From: a bacterium
GTDB taxonomy: Bacteria; Patescibacteriota; Microgenomatia; Levybacterales; UBA12049
Direction of reading: 5' to 3'
DNA: 32,095 bases
Assembly (NCBI GenBank): GCA_021784535.1
Contig: JAJYHW010000049.1
Location: forward strand, 1 to 32,095
Each line of letters starts with the position of its first letter. The first letter of the stretch is position 1. The notes beneath the pieces are model-generated. The model made no database searches, had not been told where the DNA came from, and worked only from the letters and a program-made list of their open reading frames with translations. Position numbers and translations under genes: made by a program. This document shows positions 1-8,296 of the stretch, one piece after another.

Positions 1-185
1 ATAAGAAATGGAGGTGAAAATGTTACCTTAAAATCGTCGATTATTGGTCTTGACATTGGGGTACACTTTAATGATCTTATCAATTGGATCAATAATTACG
101 GCTCCTGCATCTGCGATATGCGGATTATGAAGATTAGGAGCTTTTATTTCTTCTGAAATCGAATAATGTGGCCTTGCAGTACATA

Positions 186-211
186 TAGATCTCACATTAT
201 GAAACTGGACT
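186..211. repeat. IS630 terminal inverted repeat (end nearest the transposase stop)
   Basis: tagatctcacattatgaaactggact matches the reverse complement of 1281-1306 at 23 of 26 positions. The transposase stop codon (197-199) lies inside it. Confidence 0.85.
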
Positions 212-1246
212 AAGCTCAAGGAGTTTGTAGGGGAATTTTGTTGTATTGAGAAAATTGACAAAGGTATCAGTTACTGTATCAATATTTTCAATAAAATGAT
301 TATGGGTAACTTCTTTTCGTCCTTCCCGCCACACATGTTCCTGCGGGTTTTCCTCAGGAGCGCACGGAGGAAAGTAGATAACTTCCATATTCCCATCTTC
401 CTTCATAAAATTGGTAACCTCACAGCCTTTATGGCTGCCTGGGCCATCCCAGATGATGAGTATGTGCTGGGTTGGATATATGTTCCTGATTTTGATTAGT
501 TGTTCTTTCGTAAGATACATATTCTGCCAGCTTGCTTTGAAGGCATGCTCAACTCCTGTTTTAACATTTAAAAATCCATAAATACTCCTGCCTTCTTTTT
601 TGTTGTTAATCTCAACTTGTGGGTATTCATTGGCTGGTAACCAGATTTTTTGAAAGGTTGTTTGATTTGACAGTTTCATCTCGTCTTCGCAGAGAATTAC
701 GGTATGCGAATCTTTCCACGCTTTGGTAATTTTTCCTTTGTTCTCTTTTCTCCAGGCATCTACTTTTGCCTGGTCATGTTTTTGATAGATTTTCCCTGGT
801 TTATGGTAGGTAAACTTTGCTTGCTTAAACATCAGATAATACGAGGTCTTCGATTTGTACAAAACGTCATAGGTATCCTCAATATATTTCCCCAAGACCC
901 CTGTGCTCCAGTAGTCAAAACTCTCATCGAACCCAACATCTTTTGGCTTTTTGGTCTTGACTGTTTCAACAATCTTTTTGAGTTGCCTTTTTGTTAAAAG
1001 CCGTTTCGGTTCCCCTTTCCGTTTTGTTTGAATTGCTTTTATACCATCTTTCACATATGCTGACCGCAGAGAGAATATTTGTGAGCGGGAGTAGCCTGTG
1101 TATTCGATAATTGTTTCGATATCTTTCTGTGCATTGAGCATTTGGATCGCTTTTCCGCGTTTGAATGCTTTAATATCGTTTGTTTTTGCAGTAAATGTTG
1201 CAAGCTCGTCAACTTTTTCCTGAGATAATCTGGGCAGCAGTCTCAT
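197..1246 (-). CDS. IS630-family DDE transposase (N-terminal HTH plus DDE domain)
   Basis: The 349-aa ORF has an N-terminal helix-turn-helix-like region. Its C-terminal half carries typical IS630/Tc1 strings (ILCEDEM..., ILIIWDGPGSH, FPPCAPEENPQEHVW), and it is bounded by the IRs. Confidence 0.85.
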   Translation of the reverse strand: MRLLPRLSQEKVDELATFTAKTNDIKAFKRGKAIQMLNAQKDIETIIEYTGYSRSQIFSLRSAYVKDGIKAIQTKRKGEPKRLLTKRQLKKIVETVKTKKPKDVGFDESFDYWSTGVLGKYIEDTYDVLYKSKTSYYLMFKQAKFTYHKPGKIYQKHDQAKVDAWRKENKGKITKAWKDSHTVILCEDEMKLSNQTTFQKIWLPANEYPQVEINNKKEGRSIYGFLNVKTGVEHAFKASWQNMYLTKEQLIKIRNIYPTQHILIIWDGPGSHKGCEVTNFMKEDGNMEVIYFPPCAPEENPQEHVWREGRKEVTHNHFIENIDTVTDTFVNFLNTTKFPYKLLELSPVS

Positions 1247-1280
1247 TGGACTATCTACGCTACCACATTCTGCCTACCAA

Positions 1281-1306
1281 AGTCCAGTTTCATCATGTGA
1301 TGTCTA
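1281..1306. repeat. IS630 terminal inverted repeat (end nearest the transposase start)
   Basis: agtccagtttcatcatgtgatgtcta is the partner of 186-211. Confidence 0.85.
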
Positions 1307-1598
1307 TAGACAAATGGCAATTCCTTTTTCTCTCACTTTTTTTAATGCTGTAACGACATCCGGATGAGGGTGTGGAGAATTATAACCAATCTTTTCGCCG
1401 ATGATAACACCATCAACATCAAGTATTATTGCTTTTATCATTACTTGAGTATTTTATCAGAGATTAAGCAAACATTGGAATATAAAACTCACCATTTTGT
1501 GCGTAAAAGATTCTAACGTCCTTCACGAGCCCCTGCACTCTTAGCTCCAATTTATACCTAAAACTCTTTACCCACCCGCAAAGTGACATAAGAAACTC

Positions 1599-1607
1599 TG
1601 ATATAAT
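1599..1607 (+). promoter_or_regulatory. Extended -10 promoter (TGA-TATAAT) 6 nt upstream of the HAD ATG; predicted leaderless mRNA
   Basis: tgatataat lies at 1599-1607, followed by atctcc and the ATG at 1614. There is no SD. Confidence 0.5.
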
Positions 1608-1613
1608 ATCTCC

Positions 1614-2270
1614 ATGAATAAAGCCTTTATTTTTGACATGGATGGGGTCATTGTTGACAGCGAGAAAACATGGCTTGAGTACGAAAATAATTTGTTGGAA
1701 AAAATATTAGGTAATGAAATAGTTGATAAAATCGGCGATACTGTCGGGATGAGTGTTAAATCTATCTATGAACGTGCCAGAGAATTGGATTTTTCAATGC
1801 CTTATAAAAAATTCCAGAAAATATATGATGATATTGCCTTTTGTGTTTATGCTCAAGCTATTATTACTCCCAACGTTGAAAAACTAGCAGAATTTCTAGT
1901 TGCACAAAATATCAAAATTGGTATAGTAAGCTCTTCTAATATTGGCTGGATAAATCAAGTTTTATCCAGATTAACCTTCAGGGATGATATCACAGAAATT
2001 TTATCCCTTAATTCCCGAAATGATATACAACATAAACCATACCCCGATGGATATAACGAAATGATGCATATATTACATGCTTCTCCAGCACAAACCATTA
2101 TTCTTGAAGATTCCAATAAAGGTATTCGTGCAGCAAAAGCCTCAGGCGCCTTTACTATTGCTTATACTCAAAACCTGATCCCAGGATATAAGCAAATCTC
2201 TGCTGATGCAAAGGCAAATACTATGAACGAAGTTATAAAAATCACTAAAAATCATTTCTTAACTGCATAA
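1614..2270 (+). CDS. HAD-IA family hydrolase (beta-phosphoglucomutase/sugar-phosphatase-like)
   Basis: The 218-aa ORF starts with motif I FIFDMDGVIVDSE. It also has a later VSSS motif and an EDSNKGIRAAKASGA motif typical of HAD-IA. Confidence 0.8.
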   Translation: MNKAFIFDMDGVIVDSEKTWLEYENNLLEKILGNEIVDKIGDTVGMSVKSIYERARELDFSMPYKKFQKIYDDIAFCVYAQAIITPNVEKLAEFLVAQNIKIGIVSSSNIGWINQVLSRLTFRDDITEILSLNSRNDIQHKPYPDGYNEMMHILHASPAQTIILEDSNKGIRAAKASGAFTIAYTQNLIPGYKQISADAKANTMNEVIKITKNHFLTA

Positions 2271-2320
2271 TTTTGTATCTAATTGTATAAAATGGGCTTC
2301 GATAAAGCCGCTCACATAGA

Positions 2321-2348
2321 AAAACTCCGTCTATGAAGACGGAGTTTT
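2321..2348. terminator. Bidirectional intrinsic terminator between the convergent HAD and hsp20 genes
   Basis: aaaactccgtct-atga-agacggagtttt forms a perfect 12-bp stem with A/T runs on both sides. Confidence 0.7.
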
Positions 2349-2369
2349 GAGTTTGTAATAGTAATTTAA

Positions 2370-2807
2370 TTACTTATCATTACCTGACCCTAATTGAATT
2401 TGAATTTTTTTAGGTTGTGATTTTGGAGATTTCATAAATGCAACAGTCATAATCCCATGCTTGTATGTTGCCGTAGGATCCACGCTTGTTTCAATATCCC
2501 CTGGCACAGCTACTCTATAGGAAAATGATTTTGTTGCTTCTCTATAGTACTTTCTTTCTTTATCCTTTTCTTCCTCCTTTATCTCTCCCCTAATCCAGAG
2601 ATACCCATCTTGGGTAGTAATCTCAACATTCTTTGGATCAATGCCGGGAAGAGCAGCCTCTATATATACCTTCTTATCGTCTTCTGATACAGAGAGTCCG
2701 CTTGGACTACTTGGTGCTGTTAACCATTCATCATCCTCGTTCCATAGAGATGGCATTTGGATTGATGGGAAAGTAAAAAAATTTCTTGGAATGAGATCGT
2801 ATGCCAC
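2370..2807 (-). CDS. Hsp20/alpha-crystallin family small heat-shock protein
   Basis: The alpha-crystallin core reads VYIEAALPGIDPKNVEITTQDGYLWIRGE...FSYRVAVPGDI...ATYKHGIMTVAF. I place the start at the GTG at 2807, 7 nt after a strong SD (ggaggtg, 2820-2814). The TTG at 2855 used by the ORF track lies inside the predicted -10/CIRCE region. Confidence 0.85.
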   Translation of the reverse strand: MAYDLIPRNFFTFPSIQMPSLWNEDDEWLTAPSSPSGLSVSEDDKKVYIEAALPGIDPKNVEITTQDGYLWIRGEIKEEEKDKERKYYREATKSFSYRVAVPGDIETSVDPTATYKHGIMTVAFMKSPKSQPKKIQIQLGSGNDK

Positions 2808-2838
2808 TGGTGTCACCTCCTCTCTAAAAAATTCTCTA

Positions 2839-2865
2839 TTAGCAATAATATACAACGAGTGCTAA
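2839..2865 (-). promoter_or_regulatory. CIRCE-like HrcA operator (TTAGCAata-N9-GAGTGCTAA) upstream of hsp20
   Basis: One half-site matches the CIRCE consensus TTAGCACTC-N9-GAGTGCTAA at 9/9 positions and the other at 6/9, with exact 9-nt spacing. It overlaps the -10 of the hsp20 promoter. Confidence 0.65.
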
Positions 2866-2876
2866 TTATTTGTCAA
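2848..2876 (-). promoter_or_regulatory. hsp20 promoter TTGACA-17-GTATAT
   Basis: On the minus strand ttgaca (2876-2871) is followed by a 17-nt spacer and gtatat (2853-2848). Confidence 0.55.
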
Positions 2877-2885
2877 GAGGAGAAT

Positions 2886-4304
2886 TCACAATGTGACTTC
2901 TTTTTCAATAAAATTGATCATTCTCAAAAAGCGATTCTTCCGCTGCTCTTTATTGAAAAATGAAGGAAGCTCAGCGAGCAGATTGAGTGCTGAAATAGAC
3001 AGCAGCTGATGTTTTATTTCTGCGATTTCTATCTCAGGATAAAGAAGAAAAGAAATATTGCGAAGAACCACCACTGTCCGGTAGTATAAAACGATATTTG
3101 GAGGCATTTGTATTTTATATTTTTGAAGAAGCTTCAATGTTTCCAGAAATTCATTCCGGCTGCGGAAAGAACCTTCCTTCCCTCTTCTTCCGCGGGTCTC
3201 ATAAACCTGCTGTAGATGCGAGACAAAATCCTGCTTCAATTTCTCCATATTATCGATATGCGGATATCCACATAGCTGCATCAATGCTTCAAAAGTATTC
3301 TCAAAATCATGCAGCCAAAAACATCTCACGTAGCGCAAGCAAATAATTCGCTGCTTTCTGGTCAATCTTCCGCAAATGCCAAAATCGATATAGACAAGCC
3401 GGTTATTCTTTGTATACATGATATTCGCGGGATGAGGATCGCCATGAAAAAATCCCTGAAGATAGATTTGCTTTAGCGAATCTGTGGTTATCTTCATCGC
3501 TGTGTCTTTTCTTAAAAACCCTGACTTTTCAAGCTGCGTGAGCAGCTTTTTATCATTATTGCGTATTGCCAATAAAATTTTGCTCAACGTTACGCCCTCA
3601 ATATATGCTGTCGTCAGAATTCTTTTACTTGAATACGCTTTATACACTTCAGGCGCCGTTATACTGCCACGTTTTTTATTCACATGTTTGCCATATTCCT
3701 CAGTCAATGCAGCTTCTATCTGATAATCCAGCTCATTTTGTGTCCAGAATGCAAATTCACAAACAGCATCAGTACATTTATTCGGCCCAAAGGTGAACAA
3801 ATCGATAACCACGGCGCATACTTTCATAAGAGCGATATCTTCCTGAACAATTTTTGCGATATCGGGTCTTTGCACTTTTACAACAACTTTTTCACCTGAC
3901 ATGAGCCGCGCTTCATGTACCTGTCCAAAAGAAGCTGCCGCAAGCGGCTGCAGATTAAAATTTGCAAACAAATCCTCCGGTTTCTTATGAAATTCGGATT
4001 GGAAAATGCGTATAACAGCTTCAGATGAAAAAGGAGGCATCTGTTCAAGTAAATAAAACAATTCTTCACAATAGATCCGTGGGAGAACGACGGGATAAAT
4101 GGAAAGAAATTGACCGAATTTTACAAAAACCGAACCCAACTGTTCAATATGTTCACGCAGCAGTATCGCACGCTTTTTATCAACCTCTTCAGATGCCCCC
4201 CGAATCCGGATAAACGCCTGATACGCAAATGACAATGATACTGCGATGATGCGTAACAAGCGTCCGGTTTGCCGCATTTTCTTCTTCATAGCATGATCTG
4301 ACAT
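2886..4304 (-). CDS. ABC1/UbiB/AarF-family atypical protein kinase
   Basis: Hallmarks are FVKFGQFLS, AAASFGQVHEARL..GEKVVVKVQRPDI, FFHGDPHPANIMY and YIDFGICGRL. I place the start at ATG 4304 (MSDHAMKKK...), which avoids overlap with the upstream gene. Confidence 0.85.
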   Translation of the reverse strand: MSDHAMKKKMRQTGRLLRIIAVSLSFAYQAFIRIRGASEEVDKKRAILLREHIEQLGSVFVKFGQFLSIYPVVLPRIYCEELFYLLEQMPPFSSEAVIRIFQSEFHKKPEDLFANFNLQPLAAASFGQVHEARLMSGEKVVVKVQRPDIAKIVQEDIALMKVCAVVIDLFTFGPNKCTDAVCEFAFWTQNELDYQIEAALTEEYGKHVNKKRGSITAPEVYKAYSSKRILTTAYIEGVTLSKILLAIRNNDKKLLTQLEKSGFLRKDTAMKITTDSLKQIYLQGFFHGDPHPANIMYTKNNRLVYIDFGICGRLTRKQRIICLRYVRCFWLHDFENTFEALMQLCGYPHIDNMEKLKQDFVSHLQQVYETRGRRGKEGSFRSRNEFLETLKLLQKYKIQMPPNIVLYYRTVVVLRNISFLLYPEIEIAEIKHQLLSISALNLLAELPSFFNKEQRKNRFLRMINFIEKEVTL

Positions 4305-4315
4305 GTGCAAAAAAA

Positions 4316-4672
4316 TTACGCTTCTGCCTCCTGTTTCTTTTTGCAATTATCACAGACTGTCAGCTTTTTTGCTGAATTCTCCAGAAAGGCAAGATTGATA
4401 CTTGATCCTTTCGATACATCTTTTCCGCAAAAATCACATACAGTATCTTTGTTTAACGTGATTGATTGATATCCCAGAATCGCATCTTCTCTATGCAGCT
4501 TCTTCCGAAGTTTTTCATCCACCAGATTAAACACTTCACTTGAGAGATCCAGAGAATCTTCGACAATATTTCTAACTAAATTTGAAATCGTTACTCTCCG
4601 TTTTTTCGCGTCCTTTGAGAGCTTATCATACGTCTCATCTGATATTCTTGTGTGTACAACTTTCTTTTGCAT
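4316..4672 (-). CDS. Ribbon-helix-helix (CopG/Arc-like) DNA-binding protein with a C-terminal CxxC...CxxC zinc ribbon
   Basis: The N-terminus HTRISDETYDKLSKDAKKRRVTISNLVRNIVEDSL fits the RHH beta-alpha-alpha pattern. The C-terminus carries CDFC...(24 aa)...CDNC. A strong SD (gaggagg) precedes the ATG. The stop lies 11 nt before the ABC1 kinase start. Confidence 0.6.
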   Translation of the reverse strand: MQKKVVHTRISDETYDKLSKDAKKRRVTISNLVRNIVEDSLDLSSEVFNLVDEKLRKKLHREDAILGYQSITLNKDTVCDFCGKDVSKGSSINLAFLENSAKKLTVCDNCKKKQEAEA

Positions 4673-4696
4673 ACGTCACCTCCTCTCATAATCTGA

Positions 4697-4714
4697 TTAC
4701 ATTGTATACAATGT
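4697..4714. promoter_or_regulatory. Perfect 18-bp palindrome, a candidate operator for the RHH protein
   Basis: tacattgtatacaatgta is its own reverse complement. It lies 25-42 nt upstream of the RHH start and overlaps the predicted -10. Confidence 0.55.
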
Positions 4715-4737
4715 ATCACATTGCCTGCTTTTTGTCA
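4709..4737 (-). promoter_or_regulatory. Promoter TTGACA-17-TACATT for the RHH/ABC1-kinase operon
   Basis: On the minus strand ttgaca (4737-4732) is followed by a 17-nt spacer and tacatt (4714-4709). Confidence 0.55.
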
Positions 4738-5246
4738 AGTGCCTTTTCACCGACACTCTTTTGCTTGTATTTGCGCTGTTTTCTCCGCTTGAAAAACTGG
4801 GTCTCGTTGTGACGGAAAAAGTAGGCCCCATGGGCTTCTTCTTTATCATTTTTGCCTAGACAGTTCTCTGGCTCGGGTGGAATATTCTGGCGCCTGGTAA
4901 ATTCCGCTTTGATCCGCATCCTGCTTTTGTGTTATGGCTTTTTATCTCAAACCTCATCCAAATCCATCTTATGCCGCTTTTTATGGTCAGGCAAAACATT
5001 CAATCAAAACACAATGAGTTGAGGGCTGAACATAACTATCAAACAAATAAAAAAAGCAGAAAAAGAAATTGAGACAATTCTTTTACATCTGGAAAATCAG
5101 GAAAAAATTCTGTTGGATCTACAAAACGGATTGAAAATATGGGATACAAATAGATGGCGTTGGTCCATAGATTCGAAAATATACAAGCGCCTCATGATGC
5201 CCTAAATTATTACAAAATTCTTAATATCTTTTTGTAAACTGAAGCT

Positions 5247-5813
5247 ATGACTGCTTCGCAAGAGCGGGTTGGAGAACTTCAAGGACATTCTCCTCCAAAA
5301 CCGGAGAATGGGAGGAAAAGGGAAACATTAGAAGAAACCATCAAAGCAGAACTTGCGCGTGCAGGAGCTACGCTTCAATGGCCTTTTCATACAGACAAAA
5401 TGTCAAGAAGCCCTACTGATGTAAGCTGTTCTCCTCCTGAATCTCCACCAGGTATTTTGATAACAACTCAACCGGGATCTCCTGTTCGCTCCCCTGCAGA
5501 CGCCGATGGAATAACAATAATAAAACAGCCAGATAGCTTGTATGCAATACTACTTCAAATAGCCGGAACCAATATAGCAATTACTTTAAGCGGTTTATCT
5601 GAGGTTTTTCCGAAGGCAGTAAGCTTATACCAAAATAGGCCTCGCCAACCTGACAAATTGAGAATTCAAGCAGGGGATCTATTGGGAAGTCTTGGAAACG
5701 GCCCACTTGGACTCTCTATGACATGTCATATGACAACAACGCATCCAGTAGACTCACAAACAGTACAAAGCTTATTTACCTCATTGCCTCCATTGACAAA
5801 ACCCCTGCTATAA
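5247..5813 (+). CDS. Hypothetical protein, Pro/Ser/Gly-rich N-terminal half, no recognisable family
   Basis: The 188-aa ORF has no competing ORF on either strand and stops 13 nt before guaB on the same strand. Sequence strings include SPPKPENG and SCSPPESPPGILITTQPGSPVRSP. I see no signal peptide. Confidence 0.5.
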   Translation: MTASQERVGELQGHSPPKPENGRKRETLEETIKAELARAGATLQWPFHTDKMSRSPTDVSCSPPESPPGILITTQPGSPVRSPADADGITIIKQPDSLYAILLQIAGTNIAITLSGLSEVFPKAVSLYQNRPRQPDKLRIQAGDLLGSLGNGPLGLSMTCHMTTTHPVDSQTVQSLFTSLPPLTKPLL

Positions 5814-5826
5814 GGTAAAGTAAATT

Positions 5827-6969
5827 ATGGAAAAGCAAACTTCTCTTCCTCTTGGCATCACCTTTGACGACGTGCTTTTGATCCCCGGTTATGCTGATTT
5901 CTCCCGATCTGATATTGATTTGTCTACTCAGTTAACAAAAAAAATCAAACTTGCTGCTCCATTTGTTTCTTCTCCAATGGATACTGTCACTGGCAGTAAA
6001 CTTGCAATTGCCCTTGCTGAAATGGGTGGCATAGGTATTCTTCATCGTAATTTAACAATTGATGAGCAAGCAAAAGAAGTCCAGGCAGTTGCCAAACGAA
6101 ACCTTTTAGTCGGTGCTGCAATTGGAGCCAACGTAGGCTTTGAAGAACGTGCAGAAGCACTTATCAAAGCAGGCGCTTCAGTCATTCTTATTGATTCAGC
6201 ACATGGTAATGCAAAAACAGTCATCGATGCCATTAAATATATTAAAAAGACATTCTCAAAAATGGAAGTTATTGCAGGAAATGTCGCAACTAAAGAAGGT
6301 GCAGAAAATTTGATAAAAGCTGGCGCCGACGCTCTCCGTGTCGGGATGGGGCCTGGAGCAATTTGTACAACCAGAATAATTTCAGGAATGGGTGTCCCCC
6401 AGCTCACCGCTATTATGGAAACAGTTGCTGTTGGGAAAAAACATGGTGTTCCGGTGATTGCTGACGGCGGCATTAAATATTCAGGTGACATGGTAAAAGC
6501 ATTTGCAGCCGGTGCATCAACGGTTATGATGGGAAGCTATTTTGCCGGCGCACTGGAGGCTCCCGGAAAAACTCACGAACTGAAACCAGAACAAGTACCT
6601 TCACGTTTTAAGAGTATTTTGAGTAAAAAGCAGGCAACCTATACATTCAAAGAATATCGTGGGATGGGATCAATTGCTGCGATGCAGGAAGGCGCAAAAA
6701 TTAAATCAGAAGACGAATTCCACGGAAAGAGCTATAAGGATCGTGTGCTTGTTGCTGAAGGGGTTGAATCATTAACGCCAGTCAAAGGAACGATAAAAGA
6801 TATTATCGACCAAACAGTCGGCGGGATTCGCTCAGGAATGTATTATGTTGGCGTAAAAACAATCGAGGAACTGCAAAAGAAAGGTCGCTTTATGCAAATC
6901 ACCCAAGCATCACTCACCGAAAGTCATCCGCACGATATCATGATTACCAACCCAGGAGAGAATTACTGA
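5827..6969 (+). CDS. guaB: IMP dehydrogenase, short form lacking the CBS/Bateman subdomain
   Basis: Strings include [13 protein letters not shown], the catalytic loop [22 protein letters not shown], the flap [10 protein letters not shown] and the C-terminal [34 protein letters not shown] joins the two barrel halves directly, where E. coli GuaB has about 115 aa of CBS domains. Confidence 0.9.
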   Translation: MEKQTSLPLGITFDDVLLIPGYADFSRSDIDLSTQLTKKIKLAAPFVSSPMDTVTGSKLAIALAEMGGIGILHRNLTIDEQAKEVQAVAKRNLLVGAAIGANVGFEERAEALIKAGASVILIDSAHGNAKTVIDAIKYIKKTFSKMEVIAGNVATKEGAENLIKAGADALRVGMGPGAICTTRIISGMGVPQLTAIMETVAVGKKHGVPVIADGGIKYSGDMVKAFAAGASTVMMGSYFAGALEAPGKTHELKPEQVPSRFKSILSKKQATYTFKEYRGMGSIAAMQEGAKIKSEDEFHGKSYKDRVLVAEGVESLTPVKGTIKDIIDQTVGGIRSGMYYVGVKTIEELQKKGRFMQITQASLTESHPHDIMITNPGENY

Positions 6970-6987
6970 ATTTACAAAATTTCCCCC

Positions 6988-7016
6988 TTGTATTCCTGAA
7001 ATCCTGTCAGTATAAT
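6988..7016 (+). promoter_or_regulatory. purA promoter TTGTAT-17-TATAAT, leaving a very short (about 4-5 nt) leader
   Basis: ttgtat lies at 6988-6993 and tataat at 7011-7016, with the ATG at 7028. There is no SD. Confidence 0.5.
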
Positions 7017-7027
7017 GAGAACGCTTT

Positions 7028-8296
7028 ATGGCCGCCACGCTCATCATTGGCTCACAATGGGGTGATGAAGGAAAGGGGAAGATTATTGATTTCCTATCTG
7101 CCAAGGCAGACTACATAGTCCGCTACCAAGGAGGCAATAATGCAGGCCATACGGTCATCAACAACTACGGCACATTCCCCCTCCATCTTGTCCCTTCAGG
7201 TATTTTCTCCAAAGCGACAGCTTGCATCTCCAATGGTACGGTTCTGGATCTTGAAGTACTTGCAGAAGAAATAGCGATGCTTGAAAAAGCAGGAATCAAA
7301 CTCAACGGAAGACTGCTTATTTCTCCACGATGCCATATCATCATGCCCTATCACAAACTGCTGGACAAACTCTATGAACAAGCAAAAGGCGCCGGAAAAA
7401 CAGGCACGACTGGACGTGGAATCGGTCCGGTATATGCTGATAAAGTCAGTTACCAGGGGATCAGACTGTATGACCTAATGAACAAGAAACAATTCTCAGA
7501 CAAACTCAAAGTCCAACTTCGTATAAAAAATCCCATTCTCAAAGTATTTGGGGAAAATCCGCTCACGCAAAAAAACGTCGAAAAGATGATCTTTAAGGCA
7601 TATTCCAAAATTAAATCATTTATCGTTGAACCCTACCCTGTCCTTTCCAAAGCTGCAAAAAACAACAAACATATTCTTTTTGAAGCAGCTCAGGCAGTAT
7701 TTCTGGACAATGATTGGGGTACCTATCCCTATGTTACTGCCTCAAGTATAACCACAGGCGGCATCAATGCAGGATGCGGAATACCGGTACAAAACATAAC
7801 TGATGTTATAGGTGTTGTCAAAGCATACACCACGCGCGTCGGCGAAGGCCCTTTCCCGACAGAGCTTCTTGATAAAGAAGGAGCATATTTGCAAAAAAAA
7901 GGAGCGGAATTCGGCGCGACAACCGGCAGGCCCAGGCGATGCGGCTGGTTTGACGCGGAGCTTGTGAGATTTGCCTGCGAATTAAATGGCTTTACCAGCA
8001 TTGCAATTACCAAACTCGACGTTCTTGATACTATGAAACAAATAAAAATCTGTACCGGCTATACCTATCGAGGCAAGCCTGTCAGGTATTATGACGGGGA
8101 CGCTGAATTTTTGAAAAAAATAAAGCCTGTCTATAAAATACTTCCCGGCTGGCAACAATCAACAAAAGGAATAACTCAATTTGAAAAATTGCCGCAAAAA
8201 GCGCAAAATTATATAAAAGAACTTGAGAAATTGATTGGCGTCAAAGCTATTTATATCTCAACAGGCCCCAAACGTGAGGAAATTATTGCCCGCTAG
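7028..8296 (+). CDS. purA: Adenylosuccinate synthetase
   Basis: The 422-aa ORF has the N-terminal P-loop GSQWGDEGKGKIIDFL. It also carries GGNNAGHT, TGRGIGPVYADK and GATTGRPRRCGW. Confidence 0.95.
   Translation: MAATLIIGSQWGDEGKGKIIDFLSAKADYIVRYQGGNNAGHTVINNYGTFPLHLVPSGIFSKATACISNGTVLDLEVLAEEIAMLEKAGIKLNGRLLISPRCHIIMPYHKLLDKLYEQAKGAGKTGTTGRGIGPVYADKVSYQGIRLYDLMNKKQFSDKLKVQLRIKNPILKVFGENPLTQKNVEKMIFKAYSKIKSFIVEPYPVLSKAAKNNKHILFEAAQAVFLDNDWGTYPYVTASSITTGGINAGCGIPVQNITDVIGVVKAYTTRVGEGPFPTELLDKEGAYLQKKGAEFGATTGRPRRCGWFDAELVRFACELNGFTSIAITKLDVLDTMKQIKICTGYTYRGKPVRYYDGDAEFLKKIKPVYKILPGWQQSTKGITQFEKLPQKAQNYIKELEKLIGVKAIYISTGPKREEIIAR

Larger units (their letters stand above)
186..1306 (-). mobile_element. 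Complete IS630-family (Tc1/mariner-like) insertion sequence of about 1.12 kb, flanked by a duplicated TA
   Basis: It has 26-bp imperfect terminal inverted repeats (23/26 identical) at 186-211 and 1281-1306. A single transposase ORF lies inside. TA dinucleotides sit at 184-185 and 1307-1308, the target duplication expected for IS630. Confidence 0.85.
28..1441 (-). pseudogene. HAD-superfamily (Cof-like/IIB-type) hydrolase gene split by the IS630 insertion
   Basis: The N-terminal piece (1441->1307) reads MIKAIILDVDGVIIGEK...KGIAICL, with the DxDG motif. Deleting 184-1306 (the IS plus one TA) joins it in frame to the ORF at 183->28 (CTARPHYSIS...NPHIADAGAVIID...). The restored ORF is only 96 aa, so the gene is probably damaged elsewhere too. 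Confidence 0.7.

Noticed and set aside
4716-4919. A 67-aa minus-strand ORF lies upstream of the RHH gene.
   Set aside because: Its 3' end contains the predicted -35 of the RHH operon promoter, and its stop lies just upstream of the operator palindrome. It has no SD or promoter of its own that I can see, and its composition (very basic tail) is uninformative. I left it unannotated; it could still be a small protein.
4981-5210. A coiled-coil-like reading frame (...IKQIKKAEKEIETILLHLENQEKILLDLQNGLKIWDTNRWRW...) lies in the 330-bp spacer before the 188-aa ORF.
   Set aside because: It has no ATG/GTG/TTG start with any ribosome-binding or -10 context, and it is shorter than 60 codons. It may be a gene remnant, but I cannot support it as a feature.
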